Of a DNA stretch of 64,000 nucleotides, positions 38,180 through 52,983 are shown piece after piece. Source of the stretch: Tubiluchus corallicola. Lineage: Eukaryota > Animalia > Priapulida. The DNA is taken from contig JAQGDQ010000261.1 in the NCBI GenBank assembly GCA_030141605.1, forward strand, positions 184,708 to 248,707, written 5' to 3'. Below the pieces are notes generated by a model, which was given only the letters and a program-made list of their open reading frames with translations, was not told where the DNA came from and made no database searches. The position numbers were made by a program, and so were the translations under genes. Numbering within the stretch: the first letter of the stretch is position 1; every line of letters begins with the position of its first letter.

Positions 38180-41100
38180 CTACCTGTTTACAGTTTCCCC
38201 TCGGAGTATATTATTTTTTCTAAATGGTTATAAAAAGTGCGCCAGTATGTACATTTTCTATGAAAGTTGCATGTAGTGTTACCTAAAAATGTTGCACAAA
38301 TTAACTTTGCATTTAATGATGAAAACAAAAAATAAAAGTGCTCCTAAGACCTTAAAACCAAGAAATGTGTCCTAAATTACTCCTAGAAATGTCATAAATT
38401 GCATCAGCAGATAAGCAGTTACAACAGCAAGAGAATGAAGAGGACACTACATTAGTTTTTGCAAGTATCCATCTAGCATTTTCAAAAAAAATTAAATTTG
38501 AAACGTTTAAAAAGAAAAGTACAATTACATCAAATCAGTACACTGATTTCTCATCTAGCTACAGTCTGCAGTGGAACTGGACGGGGTGTCTAAACTGAAG
38601 TTAAACAAATACAATCGGAGTGATAAAGTTACGAATCAGTATTGTAATGAAGAGCGGATGGTGCTTATACGCATGTCACGACGTACTTGTAAAGAAAACG
38701 TAAAAAAGCAGCAGCAAAAGTGAAATTATAGACTCAAGTAACTCGCCAGATTTCTAATCGATTGTATTTCATGCTGGTTGTCATTACGGAGCAGGTGCTG
38801 AAGTGGAAAACGCACCTGCCCGTCCGCCCACTGAACCGACGAGGCCACTCCACAGCAACCGTTTTATACCTGGTATTCAACGCCACTATGCAATGGTCTC
38901 GTATGGAGGAGACCACAACAGTGTAGTGGGGTAGGTCGAAAATAAATGACATTTCGCCTCCGTAACTGTATTTAAGGAAGTCTTTAAAACTGCTATCGGT
39001 CTTTTACGTTTGTTATTGGCCCCAAATCATTTTTCTGTTGGAGAGAAGCTTGTGAAGGGTGTCTGTTTGAACAAAGTCTGCCTAACAAAATCAAAACAAA
39101 CATAATGAACATTTACAAAGAGTTCGAAGCTAAATGTTTTTTTAGCCAAAGACCCGTGCAGGATCTCACAGTACGTGTAGTTACAGTGAAATGGCAAAAG
39201 TATCTAGCCATGTTCAGATGGATGTATCTTCAACAAGGTCCACAACCGCGAGCAGTACGGGAGCTAAAACTGCCTACCTATGCAGTTACCTTGATGGTCA
39301 GGTATTCTTTGTTGCCCAAATATTGTATTACTTAACTTCAGTCTCTAAACATACACAAACCACTCAAATATAAACAAATATCTTAAAGCTTACAAAGTGA
39401 AATACGTGTACTTCCTATTATCACACTGGTAATGTTTTAGACAAAAAAAATGATGCATTCGTAATAAAAAGCATGTCTGTTTAACTTAGCACGTTTTTGG
39501 TAGCCTTTCCTGTAACAGCTTCTGTGTGAAAGAGGTCACTGATCAGTGGTTACACTGCAGTCTGAAATTTTTGTGAAATATGTCGCTACCATTACGCCTT
39601 TTCACTCTGTTCCTGTATTACGACACCGTTTTAACGCTTAATTCCATAGTTGATACCGTCCAATGTGAACCAACCTTAATAATTCAAATAATGAATTAAG
39701 TTTATTTGAACTACCAGCCAATTATACCATTAATAAAAGGCAGTAGCCAAATCATTTTCCCAGTAAATCTACTGCAAAGAACCTAATAGAAGGAGCTGCA
39801 TGATCGAGCGTTTACATACAAACAAATTGACAGGGACGGTTAACCACTAAGAAATAGGGCTTAGGCTAATAATATATATAACCTTAATTTAGGTCCTAAA
39901 TTTTGATAGGCACTCCGACTCCTGAGACTGGTGATGAGTTAAACAAAGATAATGTTATTTAATAAACAGGATAACGAAATTATTTAAACTGGACATTCTA
40001 AACACAAGACTTAGTATTTTTGTTTTTTATCGTCCATTGCTTGTAAGCACCTAAGCGATTGAGCCTATATTGTACACACAATATTTCATTATATGTAGTC
40101 ACACTTGGGTAGACTACAGGATGCTTCGTCGTAAACCATTTGGACAAGATAGTCTTGACCGCTTAAGCAACTTTGTATAGGACCTACTGTAATTGAACAC
40201 AAGGTATTTTAGGCACATGGGTTATTGAAAAGACAGGCCAAATACACAAGAATTCGACACTTATAAAAGGGTAGACATGTAACATTTGCTGCATGTTTCT
40301 CGTTGCCCAACGTTTTAGAGTTCTCATCAGAGATAGCCTGAATGACGAACCAGCAACTTGCCTTCTGGTTTCGCCGGTTGAAAATCATGTAAAATCTGTC
40401 ATGACAAAAGCTGTTGATAAGTCTATTATGGATTTTATGTCAAGACCGCGCAGGTAGAAACCGGCCACTAAACAATTAACTAATAAAAAAGCGGCGTTCG
40501 TCCACCGCTAGGTAGCTCTTGCGGCGGCTGAGAACCTGCTGAGCTGTTCCATTATGTACCGGGGTTACCATCAGTCGCGCAGTAGACAATAAGGAAGAGT
40601 ATTTTCATGTTACTAATTCAGTTTAAATTAATTACCATTCATGTCGCATCAGAAACATTCATCATTTATTAATCACAGTATAAGTAGCATGATTTATAAA
40701 GACATACAAAAACCACATTAGTTAAAAAATACATGTAATTAAAAACGACAATGCTTAAAATCACCTTAAAATAGAATGTAAGCTAAAGCCATCGTGCTTA
40801 AAATCACACTGAAGTAGAATTAGAAAAGTATTAAATTAAATTAAAGCAAAATCACACTGATGAAAAAATTATTAGTCCAAATTCTTATTCTCGGAAAATT
40901 CGTATGCTTTCTTATTCATATAAAGCAGACATTTTATAACACACCACTAGCAATTACTAAGCCACATTTAATATATGATCCCATATAACAACGAACGTGG
41001 TATATAATTTATTTACAAATAAAGTTATAAAAACACTATAAATTGCAGGGTAAACATAAAAAATTAGTCCATGTTCCAAGCCAGGTACTTTCAAATACTG

Positions 41101-41194
41101 TACAAACAAGTAAACAACTTTTTTTATATAAATTGCATTACACAAATAAATGAAATAATTGCTGCTTAGATATAAACGCTGTCTAATCAGTAAT

Positions 41195-41825
41195 AACTAA
41201 TGGAGATAAACAGAACAGTACACAATACAACGTGGTGGCAATACTTCTTGGAAGAATTGTAAATATCTTGGCAGTTTACTAGGCACTGAAGCTGACATAA
41301 CTCTGAGAAAAATATTAGCCTTGCCTGCATATTCTAAGCTTACAAATATCTTTGAAAATCCGAATCTCACCACCGAAACTAAACTGCATATTTTATCATC
41401 ACTTTTAGAACCTGTATTCTTAAATAATTCTGAATTGTGGACTGTCAAAGTTGGAACTAAATCAATGGCTTCCAAAGGCGCCTGTGCAGAGAGATGTTGG
41501 ACATAAAATGGCCAAAGAAAATCTCAAATCAAGATCCTTATGATTTAACGAAGACGAAGGAATGGAGTGATTGTATGTCAATTGTATTGGACATGTCATT
41601 AGATTACCAAAAGACTCTCCACTTACTACAGCGTTACAGCAAGCATTAATACCTAGGAAGAAGCCAAAAGGGGAACAGCTGATCACGATCTGGATGTTCT
41701 GAAGAAAGATTTGTTAAATACTCAACTTGACAAACAATGTAGATACTTGGCATGTGGCAACAGTATGGCATCAAACTGTGAGTGGTACTGTGTAGCCAAA
41801 CGGAAGCACCTAAGATGACGATGAC
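41195..41825 (+). mobile_element. Degenerate 3' fragment of an RTE-clade LINE
   Basis: SWKNCKYLGSLLGTEADI..NSELWT..FQRR..IKWPKKISN: RT C-terminal motifs with frameshifts; short (GAT/GAC) tail. Confidence 0.7.
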
Positions 41826-43766
41826 TGGTGATAGTACTACACCACAGATACTTGTTAATTGGATTCATATAATAGATAACGATAAACCCAAAATAGAGAT
41901 AGGTAGGCTGAACGAGAGATGACTCAGCCTTAGGGTGTCGTAATGTCTTGGTAAGGCCCTGGGAGAAGCCTTTGAGGAGGGGGCGCTAAAAATATTTTTG
42001 CCCAGGGCGTCAAAGTACCTAGAGCAATACAGTACGATCTTTTTACAACAATCATAAAAATCCATTTTACTAAATACGCCCAACTTGCAATAATTAAAAC
42101 ACAGCACCCTAATTTGCATCTCCTAGAGACAACAAATGCACGATTAAGTATTATCTCTATGTAAATAATAATTCTACTTTTATAAATGCAAAAATGGAAC
42201 AAAGATGTTTCCCAAAGAAAATTTTCTCTCATTTCAGGCCTATCATTCATCAAAGTCAAGCTTTAAATGTAAGCATCTGAAATTTTACTAATTCGCATTC
42301 TGTTGCCTAAGTTAATACTATCATTTCGTTATATTCGGGCTTATACTAAACTTCAAAATATTTACGTTACATCAGTTAAACACAGAGGAACAACTACTGA
42401 CAAGCAAAGTAGGCTTTTACTAAAAGGCATTGAAAAGTTTAACTTATATGCGTCTGCCTTCTCTAACTTATATGGTGTTTTTGAACATTTTCTTCATATA
42501 CGTCAAAAACAAATTCATCGTCAAATATTGTGGTTAGTAAACACGAGTTAAGGTTAAAATAATAATGGCAAAAGCAAATGTCCCACAGAGTGTTAGGCCT
42601 ATTGTGTGACAAACAAAAAACTTGAGAAATATTTTTCGAAAGTTCGGAAATGGGCTGAGGCCAATTTTAAAGGCATGCATGTGTTCATGTCACACTTACA
42701 AGATTTTAGACCTGCAATTAATAAAAATTATGATAAAAAACTGTTTGAATGTGGAATGCTTTACCCATTGTAACAAAGAAAGTAGATAACAGTACTGTTA
42801 AAACTTTATTGAAAAAAGGTACATACTATTATAACAGACCTATCCACAAAAGAGAACAAGTAAAAACAATGCAGATTTCATTATGCCATCTAAGTAATTA
42901 TATAACATTAAATTTTACTCTTACCACAATGAGCTTTATCTGATATATATATACAGATATACAATACATATCATATCGGGTCCACTAAAATATAAAAATT
43001 AATAATAAAACTGAATCGTGAAGGTTTAATAATAATACTGTAATATAATAAGAGTGAAAAACCAAATAATTACAGGAGCAGGTTAAACTGAAAAGAAGGT
43101 TAAAAAAGAGGTTAATAGTGTCACATTGTAAGCGACAAAATTACAAAAAGCTGCACCGTTGATGAGATTAAAATGAAATGTACCCCGCAATTGAAAGGCT
43201 TTTCTTTCAAAAATTTAGATAAGGTAAGGCCGAATAAAAATACAAAAAGATTTTCGAATTATGATTCCAAATTTAACTGGAATCTAAGTGATACAGTGAC
43301 TTCATTTACAAGTAATAAAACGGATGAAAATTTAGCCACTAGAATCAACGTAGTTCGATTAAGGAGGGTATACTTAGGATTCCGCGAATCAGGAACCATT
43401 GAAATTTATTGGGCGAATCCTGTTACATTTCACAATATTTCGAAGAGTATTGTCAACAATTTTTTCATGACGCAAAGGACGTTGCCTCTTCAGTAATTTT
43501 AGGTGCAATTTTATTGAAAAAGATTGAGATTTGACTTAGAAAAAGAGTTTTTTTTGGTCGGGCCTTATACCGCTCTTTCAAACTGGTGAATGTCTCCCAG
43601 TTGCTTGCTTTGTTAGTTCTGTTTCAGGATGTCGTTTTCGAACCGAGGCCTCTCGTCCACCGATGGCATTGGTTCAAACCGTCCAGGGGTGATTGCTAAG
43701 ACCCTGGCCGCGAGAACCCGACGGCGGAACAATATGTTATTTTGATGCCATTCATTAATATAATAA

Positions 43767-44466
43767 AACTAGAGCGCGCTCATTAGAAGCAGACAATCGC
43801 CATGGTCTAAAAATTCTAAATAATTTATGTTCCTCTATTTATTTTAATTGGCAAAATACAAAACGTACAAATTCATAAAAACACAAACATACACAAATAT
43901 ATCTATATAAGTAATATGTAGATTAGCAAAATGCTCACAAATACTTAGTTCATAGAAATATAATCAATGATACACGAACATTCCACATAGTGTTTGGCTA
44001 TGTTCTTTAACCATTTGGCGAAGGATGATAGTAACAGATTGATATTAGTATTCACATATCAAGTAACAGTTTTCAACGCGAGAATTTTTCAAAATGGAAC
44101 TTGGTACTAAGTCTTGGTTATTAATTTGTATTGGTACAGATAATAATAATTCTCTCTTTCCAAACAACTGTAACGCTGTCTCTGAGGCCTCCACAAAGTG
44201 CTTCAAGAATGTTTTTGTACACGGTATTCGGCAAAGACTTGTGTGGAAAAGAACGATCAAAAACGCCCCCATTTTCGCAGTTTTAACACTCCCCTGTCTA
44301 AAAATCTGCGTCAAGATGCGTCTGTCTTGTATCCTAGCAACCTTCTTCACATTGTGGCGTGAAAATAATAAAATAAATAATTTTTGCATAAGAGGCTTAC
44401 TGCTATACCAGACAAAAAACAACTAAACAAACACTGTTGAAGTATAACTTCCGTGGCAGAGGTTAC
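43767..44466 (-). mobile_element. Non-autonomous Helentron/HINE-like element
   Basis: Minus strand begins ACCTCTGCCACGGAAGTTAT and ends GGCG..TCTGCTTCTAATGAGCGCGCTCTAGTT, resembling the widespread ACCTCCGCCAAGGAGGTTAT...CTAGTT elements (recalled, not searched). Confidence 0.5.
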
Positions 44467-45262
44467 AAATAACTAAAATAATTATCCCCCACAGTAACCC
44501 TAATCCTAAAGTCATATTTTATAAGTATGCCATGTTTCCTATTCTTCCATTTATACCCTTTTTTCCTGTGCCATTTTGTCGTGCACCGAATAATTAATTC
44601 TCAAATACGTACTGCTAGAAGACAGGAATCATTTGGGGAGGTTCACATGTTCGAGTTTCTGGATCACCAGTGATTCCGTTTATAGAATTAATGAATAATG
44701 TCAATTAAGTATGAAACTTCGCTTTCAATGAACGTAAGTGATAGGCAACGAATTTGGTTACCAATTTCGGATGGGAAATTATTTATTCCTGGGAGTACTG
44801 CCTTAGCCGTGGCATTTAACCGAAGATGCCGTTTTTATTGTTACGAGGACGAAACACATTTATTTTCCCTTCTCAGCCCCACATTGCGATTGTTCCATCC
44901 ATTACGAAGCCGTTACACACCTGCAATGCATAGGGGCTATAACTAGCTAATACCGAATGGCTTCGTCTGTTCAAATGGCTGACGGACAACTGCGACTAAT
45001 ATCTCAGAACTCGTTCGGTAGAACCAGCTTCACGTTCTTTCATTTACCTGACGTTTTATTATAACACAAAGTGAACTTGCGTTATCAGCACCATCTGGTC
45101 AACATTACAAAATTTTGAAAGATATTAGAAAATGTTAAACAAATTAACAAGTTTGGAAGAGGCATATTTATTTCATAATTTGGGCCAAACGGTCGATTTT
45201 GTTCTGGGCACTCACAAAATATTTTTATACCTATTTATTTTCTTTGCTTCGTGATCATCTAC

Positions 45263-45359
<97 letters not shown>
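45263..45359. repeat. (AAT)n microsatellite, ~32 units
   Basis: Direct observation. Confidence 0.97.
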
Positions 45360-46029
45360 GTAATAAATATTAATCAAAAATTTTATTGTCCAGCTGGTAC
45401 TGACCATTTTCTGGGACTGCAACAAACAGGGCCGGCAAGTGCAGGCCCAATCAGAAAATTGTTAGAGAGGCAATCTACCACACAAACGCCGAAGACTGAT
45501 GTTTTGTGTTTTGTGTAGTTCTCCAGTCTCAGCCAAAAAGCATTGAGGGCTTGAGGTTACACCATTAGCCACAATGATATATTAAAAATTGAAAACCCAT
45601 ATGAATGCTTTAATGTTTATTACAAGTTAAGATAATTACTGACATGCTGTTTGTACTTAGACCTTCTAAAAATCTTTCAAAACCTTTTCAAAGTCATTGG
45701 TTTTTGTAATGTCATTTTCTACAGATAATATCCAAAAATTAAACTTCAGTCTCCGTTGGGAATTGTTGAGCATAGGTATGTTTTAATCAGTTTTAGTTTT
45801 GAAAAACTTCTGTTACCTGATGCGACTGACGCGGGACCCCCTCTCGGCGATTTACTCAGTTTGAACAAATCTGTCTAATTGGCTTAAAAACCAACCCTGG
45901 GAACAAAATTTCCTTAACTACTGGTTTTTTTGTTACAGTTGTGAAGATATCAGCTGAAATGCGTTGGACAGTAATATCCTGAATATCTTTAGAACTTCAA
46001 AGTTGTAAATTTGGAAATAATAATAATCA

Positions 46030-46107
46030 TGTGACGATGGTAATGATGATGATGACGATGATGATGGTGATGATGACGACGATGATTGATGATGATGATG
46101 TTGATGA
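46030..46107. repeat. Imperfect (GAT)n microsatellite
   Basis: Direct observation. Confidence 0.85.
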
Positions 46108-48512
46108 TAAACATTTACACTATTCACAGAATGCGATTAAAGCATAAAGAATAAAATTACTTGCACGTGTTTATTAAATTCTAAAAATTTATAGCCAAAT
46201 TGCTAGTTTTAGCCTCTTTATAAATTGCGAAACAAAGGAAAAGGTGTCTATTGCGTGCATTATCAAAACGGTTCTTCGTTTGCAAGAAACGGTATTTACA
46301 TTATTTACACTATTCACTACTGAAAAAAAATTTAGATAATTGGTTTGCATACGTAATAAGCCCCCACCATGTTCTTGAACTTTCATAAACTTCTTTAGCC
46401 TGCCAATATTTACACTTTGTTCCGGCATCTTCTGTTTTTTAATAGGAAAAAAACTGAACGCCTGTGAGTAAGTCCTTTCAATTAAAATTTGATTATGAAA
46501 GAGAGGAGGCGTTTAGCTACAGTTTCGATCGTTCAGGTTATAATAACTGCTGTTTATAAATATCTCTCATCAGAGAAACGACAAACACTGGAAATCAGAG
46601 CCCGTAATTATAGCAGACCAATTAAGACAATGAATGCGTGTGGCGTGTTATTCTTCTTTACTTGAACGTTGCCATTTTTATTTCTCCATTAATTATTGTA
46701 ACTGATGGCTTCCTCTTTCAACTTGCAGTTGGCGGCAGATGATGTGTCGAACTACGAGCCTCTCACGCAGACATATCGACAGACATGCGCAAGATCTGCT
46801 ATTACGCAGTCGACATATATACATCTTTCCGTGTTTCAAACGAAAAATGTTATGTGTCCAAAACTATTTTGTTTAACTTATTATTTAATTATTTCTTCAT
46901 TTACGATTTACCGACTGCATCGGAAGTTGATACCTCTCCTAATTATTGCCAATAATGTCATATAAAAACCACTAGAGATGTGAAGTGCAAAACTAAACAC
47001 ACGTTGTGAAGAAAAATATCGTTAGCGAATGTGCAATGTTTAAAGTAAAACCAACTTTCAGTCCTGCAGCCCGCTCGTAAGACAACGGCAATGAAGTAAA
47101 CTGAGTTGAATTTTGCTCGAGCTTTTACCAGAAAAACAACACACAGACAATTAATTATAAAAAGTTAAAAGAGTTTGAGCAACAACTGCTAATCTAGCAA
47201 GTTATCAGTCTAGCAAGGCACAAGAGTTGTAAAAAAATTCAGCTACACAAACGTTAAACAACAACAGGGGCGACTCAAGATGCAAACTGTAAGATGGTTA
47301 TTATTTACAACCATTACTGGACTTCAGTAGATGTGATTTTGTATTACAAGTATTAATATTTTATTCCATTACTTTTATTGTTGCTTGTTTTCTACTTCGC
47401 TACTGGTTATTTTACTTCTAATTTTCGCTTTATAACCCGGAATGTCTTCTCATTTACGTCACTTCCGCATTTTATGCCATTACTGGTTGTAGCACGGATT
47501 CGCCATCAACATGCTGACCTGTGAAACCTGTATGATGCTTTTCTAAACCAGATAGTAAGAGGCTTTGCAAAGAATTAGGAAGCATATTGGAAACGAGGAC
47601 AATGTTGGTGGTTTGCGATTTCTAAATGCAATTTTGAGACATGCGATACACTATAATAGAAGATAATACTAACATTCAATGGCATGGGTTACTAGTTATG
47701 CCAATGCCTGTTGCAGCGCCAAAGTCTAAGGATAGTTCAAAATTTAATTACTAAACCTGTAGAAATGTCTTAGTAACGTTTGGACCCTTAACGAGATATA
47801 CTAGAGGGAGCTAAGGAGAGCTCTTTATCTGTCCTTAGAGAGATGGAGACCAGAAGAGATCTTTTATCCGTCGTTCCTTAAAGAAATACAAAACAGAAAG
47901 CATTATGGCAACTGAAACCCCTAGTAGCGATTTTTCTAGTCGTGGCAAATGAATTAGTGCGTTTAGTCACATAAACTCTAATGACAATGTGAGACATGCA
48001 GATTAAAGTAAAGTTCCCATAGGTGGAATGCAGAATGCTCCCTCCGCTTTAACTTTTGAAATTTCGCAGTTACTTCAACATTTTTCGTCTATATAACACA
48101 AACTCTAGTCCGGTCTGCGTATATTCGTATCCTGCAGCATTGTAGAAATTATTCCACCAAACTAACTTATTATTTAAGCACTCCGATTAATAGTAATATG
48201 ATTAAGCGCAAATATTTTATATTTGCTAATTTTACAAATATTTTATAATTTTTCAAGTATTTTATAATTTTTTAAAATAATTTATGTTTGTTAACTTTTC
48301 ATAAACTTAATATCATGGAATTAACTTCTTACAAGTTAGAAATATAAAACACCGTTCGTATGTAATATAATGTTAGTTAACACTGAACCGCTATGTTAAG
48401 TAGGAACCACAAATATGTAAATACATCCGTTCTGCCACAGCTGGATCAGATTACACTTCCTCTAGCTTATACAGATATTCCTGTAATGCTACTGAACAAT
48501 GGCGAGCCAGTA

Positions 48513-48642
48513 GGCGGAGCTAGATGACGTCACAGCGATTGACAGATAACGGTCGTCGTGGGCGGACTTAATGACGTCACAATGATTGAGCGTTAACGGT
48601 CGTGGGCTGAGCTTGATGATGCCGTGATGATTGACAGTTAAC
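48513..48642. repeat. Three 44-48 bp tandem units carrying a GC box and CRE (TGACGTCA)
   Basis: GGCGGA..ATGACGTCACA..GATTGA..TAACGGTCGT units start at 48513, 48561 and 48605 (third degenerate). Confidence 0.75.
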
Positions 48643-48684
48643 ATTACTGTCATGCAAGCAACCAGTCAGTATTAAGCTAATTGT

Positions 48685-49197
48685 TGTTAAATAAGATGCT
48701 CTAAAAATAGTTATTGGCCATTGACTTGCAAGTCGAATGGTCAATGCTTCGAATGGTCAATGCTGCTGGCTTGTTTCGTCTACTGACTTGCAGACGAAGC
48801 AAGTCAGCAGAAGACCTTACTAAGAATAGAATTGAAGTTAGATGTAAAAATAGACCTTTTAAATATAGCTCAAGGAAAACGAATATAAGCAGTGTCAAAA
48901 CGCTGCAGGATTTAGTCTATAGTAGTTTTTTATATATTTATTTATATATAAATACTCGGTATTTACTGGTTAGTCAGACTTGTTGTTACTGACGTGTTAG
49001 TCACAGTTGAAAAGTGAGTTCTCACTTGTGCTTTAACTACGTGTACTTGCTTTCGCTTTAGTTGTTCACTTCTTTACGTTTATATTAATATGGATGTTTT
49101 GTACTTCAATAAACTATACGATCACGCTTTATCTACGAATTCAACATTTCTGTTTTCGACCGAATAAGACACAACTAAAGACGAACAACTTATAACA
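48685..49197 (+). mobile_element. Probable solo LTR (Gypsy-like)
   Basis: TGTTA...TAACA termini; TATATAAA ~48945 and AATAAA ~49108; candidate 4-bp TSD TTGT/TTAT has one mismatch. Confidence 0.5.
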
Positions 49198-50422
49198 TTA
49201 TTATTAGTTCCGTGAAAGCTAGGCCTTTATTTTTATTTAATTAATATGTATGTTAAACAGTGCAATTTGCAGTTGCTTTTGGTTCAACGTGCAGTTGAAA
49301 AGGATAGCTGTTTACGTAACTTTATCTAATTGACTATAAAGTAAACGTATTTTGATTGGTGTTCTGACTAACTTACACTAATCAGGCGCATCCGATGCAG
49401 TCTAGTAATAAATTATTACTGATGCGCGTGGATTGTCATTATCATAATTTACAGTATCTGTATGCATAAAATGCCTCTGCAAACTGATTATTCTACAGCC
49501 TGCAGCACGCGAAAGTAACTACAATGACTTCTAATGGCAATTCTTGTTTTAATTATTGCGCACTAAAGTTTGTAATGTTTCATACACTATTTATACCAGA
49601 AGAGTTACAGTTTTTCAAGTATTTGTCGCTTCAGTGATTTCCAGTTAGATCATCTACCATCAAAAAGACTAAGAAGGTTTTTTAATGTAACGAATGAGTC
49701 AAATGTACTTCTTGTATTGATTCATTGCACGGATTTCACTTGTTGCTACAAAAATTCTCCTGAATTCAACCACACTCAATCACCAAGTTGTCATGTAACT
49801 GCTATTAACTTTTTAATGTTTTTTTAAATAATGAGGGGCTTCAAGCATCCAATATATATTTACTGCGCGTGTGTGCGTGCGTGCGTGTGCGTGTGTATGT
49901 AAATAATTATTGTTGTATATACGCGCTTGGCAACAGGAGTTTGCCACAATCTAATCATACAATAATGTCAAGTCGCCATTGAGCCGCTAATATTTTCTCT
50001 TTTTATAGACAATCCTGCTTTTCTGAAAGCTTAGTCTTACTCTTCGTGTGGCAAATTATTTCCGCCCACAAGTCTGTCTCTTGTCCTCTATGATCACGAA
50101 GATGAGCATCAGTGCTTGTAGCAGTCGTAATCAGGGCGTTTAATATTCCTGAATAAAAAGGTGTCATGTGACTTTGCAGCCATGATTACGCCCTAATTCA
50201 TAATTACAGACATCACAAGCTTAAATTGTCGGCTTCTCAGTCGTCCGTTTTATAAAAATATTTCGTGGAAATTTAGATATCAAGGAAATTCTACTTGTCT
50301 CTCTTGTATGAGGAGCAAGCGTCGAGTTTCTCACAAATCAAAAAGTGCGCCTATAAATTAAAGTATCATGTTTACGTTAAATGAATAGACACTGCACACC
50401 GTACTATACAGGATGTAGTGTA

Positions 50423-50499
<77 letters not shown>
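50423..50499. repeat. (TC)n microsatellite, 5' flank of LINE
   Basis: Direct observation. Confidence 0.95.
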
Positions 50500-52014
<1,515 letters not shown>

Positions 52015-52877
52015 TCATTCTTATAGTAACGTATACAAAAATCTAACGTTACACTTTAAAAATAAAAACATTTTATTCAGAAAATATACACTCTTTTGAC
52101 GACATCGATATAATAAATATTTGACATTGTAAATTAATTTACTAATTTCGTTGATTCATGAATTATAATAATTTTATTAATGACAACCACGGAATTAAAT
52201 ACACACTGGTTGGTTGAAGGCCGAAATAAAGTAAACTATAAAAAGCCAAAATCACAGAAACGAAAATATTATAAAGGTGAAAAGAAAAAAAGAAAAAACC
52301 GTTAGCCTATATTGCAAATTTGATAACCTTATTGGCTTGGGAGTATTATAATTCATATAAACATAGGAGGCAAAATCCCAGTAAAAAGTCGCAATCTCCG
52401 TACGGCATTATAATTATTATAAACTTAAATGCAATTCGGCTACATATTAAAATGTTTAATTTTCATGCTGCACTTTGAACGTGCTCCAGTGAACACATGA
52501 ACTGCATTATAAAGAAGTGCAGGCCTATCTCAGTTTTGTAAATGCTTTAAACTGTTTTCCATAAATATTATCTATAAATGCCTAAGCATGTGTTTACGGC
52601 TCTCTACATCAAAGAGATTTATTACCTACAAGAACCAAAATGTTTACAATAAGGCATCAGTAAACCATGAATAATCGGATTAAAGTCAGACGAAATCGGA
52701 TAAAATAAAAAAAAGTTGTTACGAACATCTTTTGTAGCTCTAGTCACAACACATTGCGTGACTAATCTTCAGACGTCACAATGTCGCCATAGGGCAATAT
52801 TAAATAACGCATTATCCTATACAATAAATAAAAGTGTGGAAACTAATTCATCTAATGTGCCTTGGAGAATATCATGT

Positions 52878-52983
52878 CTACCTTTTTCGCAAGTTTGACA
52901 GCGGTTTACATCGATAGACAACCGCTCGTCGGGATGGATCAAACTCGTCCTTTCTGCAACGAAATCCGGTAGAACAGGAGCAC
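52878..52983 (-). CDS. Gene C exon 3
   Basis: tttttgtag|GTGCTCC..TAG; CSCSTGFRC..AVVYRC..RKR* (a different frame from the ORF-track ORF). Confidence 0.85.

Noticed and set aside
38734-39345. Minus-strand exon-like segments and the 72-aa ORF
   Set aside because: In-frame stops in every attempted splice and no recognisable domain
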